A stretch of 32,000 bases of DNA, taken from the NCBI RefSeq assembly GCF_000011805.1, contig NC_006840.2, one strand, 5' to 3'. This DNA comes from Aliivibrio fischeri ES114. Its GTDB lineage: Bacteria > Pseudomonadota > Gammaproteobacteria > Enterobacterales > Vibrionaceae. Made by a program: the position numbers and the translations under genes. Shown here one piece after another: positions 29,230-32,000 of this stretch (its first letter is position 1; each line of letters starts with the position of its first letter). The notes under the pieces are model-generated. The model saw nothing but the letters and a program-made list of their open reading frames with translations. It ran no database searches and was not told the origin of the DNA.

Positions 29230-29991
29230 TTAAACCCCAAACAATTTCATCGCATTCGCCGTCGTAATTGCATCCACATCAGCCAAACTAATTTCACGTA
29301 AATCTGCCACTCTTTGAGCAACTAACTGCGTATACGCAGGCTCATTTCGCTTACCACGATGTGGCACCGGTGCTAAATAAGGACAATCGGTTTCTAGGAT
29401 TAAATAATCCATATCAAGATGAGGAATAATCTTATCCATCCCGCCATTTTTAAAGGTAGACACACCACCAAGGCCTAAATGAAACCCTAAATCATTAATG
29501 GCTTTTGCTTCATCAACTGAGCCACCAAAGCAGTGGAAAACACCAGATAATGAACCATCTTGTTCTTGTTTTAATAGACTTAATGTTTCTTCAATAGAGT
29601 CACGAGTGTGAATCACAACAGGTAGTTTCATCTCTTTTGCCCAATTTAATTGGGTAATGAATGCCATCTCTTGTTCTGCTTTAAAGGTTTTGTCCCAGTA
29701 TAGGTCAATACCTATTTCACCTACCGCAATGAAATTATGCTTTTCAAACCATGAGTGAATGATTGCCAAGGTTTCTTTCACGTCAGCGTTCACATAACAA
29801 GGGTGTAATCCCATCATTGAATGGCAAACCTCAGGATATGCGGCTTCCGTTTTGAGCATTGGTTCGATAGATTCTAAATCGATGTTAGGTAGTAGAATTT
29901 TGCTAATACCTTGTTCTAGTGCGCGCTGAACAACCGCATCTCTATCTTCATCAAATTCTTTTGCATAAATATGAGCGTGAGTATCTATCAT
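29230..29991 (-). CDS. tatD: TatD-family metal-dependent deoxyribonuclease/hydrolase
   Basis: 253 aa. N-terminal MIDTHAHI (HxH metal site) and further TatD/YcfH-family blocks (GEIGIDLYW, PVVIHTRD, VFHCFGG, LLETDCPYL). Confidence 0.85.
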   Translation of the reverse strand: MIDTHAHIYAKEFDEDRDAVVQRALEQGISKILLPNIDLESIEPMLKTEAAYPEVCHSMMGLHPCYVNADVKETLAIIHSWFEKHNFIAVGEIGIDLYWDKTFKAEQEMAFITQLNWAKEMKLPVVIHTRDSIEETLSLLKQEQDGSLSGVFHCFGGSVDEAKAINDLGFHLGLGGVSTFKNGGMDKIIPHLDMDYLILETDCPYLAPVPHRGKRNEPAYTQLVAQRVADLREISLADVDAITTANAMKLFGV

Positions 29992-30100
29992 GGTGAAACC
30001 CTAAAACAAAAAATAATGGCTTCTATCATACCAAGTTCAAAGTAAAAATCAGATCTATACGAAAAAGTCACTTGAAAGACTACGATTAGCCACTCGATAG

Positions 30101-31159
<1,059 letters not shown>

Positions 31160-31161
31160 GA

Positions 31162-31249
31162 GCAGGGACGAGAAAAAGTAGGGTTCAGGTCGCTTTGCTT
31201 AAAGGTTTCAGGGGAAATGTGGTGAGCTTTGGTGTTAACTAGAGACTAT
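31162..31249. repeat. Composite repeat, mirror image of 29128-29213: GCAGGGACGAGA.. GGGTTCAGG.. GGTTTCAGG.. GTTAACTAGAGACTAT
   Basis: Starts 3 nt after the hemB stop. Contains TTCAGG-type units in the opposite orientation to 29161-29213 and the 16-mer GTTAACTAGAGACTAT (31234-31249). Confidence 0.75.
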
Positions 31250-31311
31250 GCGCTGCGCTGACTAGAAACTATAAGAGCGAGAGTCTTGAATGTTGTAAGT
31301 TCTTTAATCCC

Positions 31312-31360
31312 AAAAAACAAAAAAGCATGATGATTAACTAAAATCATCATGCTTTTATTT
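31312..31360. terminator. Bidirectional terminator between convergent hemB and gppA/ppx
   Basis: GCATGATGATT-AACTAA-AATCATCATGC perfect 11-bp stem, flanked by an A-run on the left and a T-run on the right. Confidence 0.85.
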
Positions 31361-31361
31361 T

Positions 31362-31463
31362 TCCTGAATCCTGAATCCTGAATCCTGAACCCTGAAATTA
31401 GTACCGGTAAGGCTCTTGCTTTTGCTCTTATAGAAGCGAAGCGTTCTAGTCCCTAGTCCCTAG
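31362..31463. repeat. Composite repeat: (CCTGAAT)x3 + CCTGAAC + CCTGAAA, spacer, GGCTCTTGCTTTTGCTCTTATAGAAGCGAAGCGTTC, (TAGTCCC)x2
   Basis: Heptamer tract at 31362-31396. The TAGTCCC units (31448-31461) run into the stop codon and last three codons of the minus-strand gppA/ppx gene. Confidence 0.85.
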
Positions 31464-32000
31464 CATCTATAACCAACTCCCAACCAATATTCGTCTGTTT
31501 ATCCGCCTCGATCTCTAACTCAGATCTCGTTAGAGGATTTGCCGCCAACCAAGCTCCATCAATCGACAATGACAAAACATCATTTTTTTCTGATAGCGTT
31601 ACAGTAGGTGCTAAATTCACATCACGACGATGAGTGAGAATAATCGCTAAACGTAAAATACGTAGCATGCGTTGAGCCGAGATATCAGAAACGGCATGTT
31701 GAGTTGGCATGGCTGAGAAATATTCGCGGTAACGGCGTAATAACTCACCAAGTAAGTGTTTTTGAGCACGAGTGAAACCTGGTAAATCCAGTGCGTTAAT
31801 TAAATAGGCTGAGTGCTCTCCACCTTTTTTATAATCAATACACATACCAATTTCATGAAGCTGAGTTGCCGCAGTAAGCAATGGCAATGCTTGTGGCTCA
31901 ATAAGCCAGTCGTTACCACATTGCTGCACAAGTTGAATTGAGAGGTCAGTGACCTGTTGAGCGTAGTCAACGTCTAATTGATAACGTTGTTGGGTGCTCT
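31453..32000 (-). CDS. Exopolyphosphatase / guanosine pentaphosphate phosphohydrolase family protein (C-terminal part; 5' end outside the window)
   Basis: The minus-strand frame stays open to the window edge (..STQQRYQLDVDYAQQVTDLSIQLVQQCGNDW..). The C-terminal HD-like region LHEIGMCIDYKKGGEHSAYLINALDLPGFTRAQKHLLGELL resembles the E. coli GppA/Ppx C-terminus. The sequence alone cannot decide between GppA and Ppx. Confidence 0.8.
   Translation of the reverse strand, partial: STQQRYQLDVDYAQQVTDLSIQLVQQCGNDWLIEPQALPLLTAATQLHEIGMCIDYKKGGEHSAYLINALDLPGFTRAQKHLLGELLRRYREYFSAMPTQHAVSDISAQRMLRILRLAIILTHRRDVNLAPTVTLSEKNDVLSLSIDGAWLAANPLTRSELEIEADKQTNIGWELVIDARD

Overview
AT-rich gammaproteobacterial (Vibrionaceae-like) chromosomal core segment, densely coding and made almost entirely of conserved housekeeping genes. 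In order: trkH (partial) and hemG; a tRNA-Trp followed by two decayed tandem copies; a PqqL-like M16 lipoprotein peptidase; a small orphan ORF; a fluoride riboswitch with a CLC-F fluoride exporter; a TPP riboswitch with thiCEFSGH; a GH20 hexosaminidase; an M24 aminopeptidase P; a divergent LysR/MFS pair; a small H-NS N-terminal-domain-only (TsrA-like) protein; an EamA transporter; rmuC-ubiE-ubiJ-ubiB-tatABC; a ~1.4 kb non-coding island; an inverted tatD; hemB; and the 3' end of gppA/ppx. I see no cas genes, CRISPR array, phage genes, transposase, integrase or recognisable defence or toxin genes, so I cannot support a novel protein-encoded system here. The unexplained content is non-coding. (1) A CsrB-family CsrA-sponge sRNA with a near-consensus UvrY/GacA box is hidden in the tatC-tatD gap under a spurious ORF. 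(2) Directly 3' of it lies a tandem pair of ~180 bp, highly self-complementary elements with G-rich inverted termini and unknown function. (3) A modular family of heptamer-based low-complexity repeats sits at gene 3' ends, and two members flank the tatD-hemB pair in mirror-image orientation. (4) A palindrome, ATGTTTCACGTGRAACAT, occurs four times in 9 kb at gene boundaries and in one case is absorbed into the 3' end of thiF. (5) A 126-bp tandem array carries tRNA-Trp remnants. All coordinates and repeat counts were read by eye and should be confirmed computationally.
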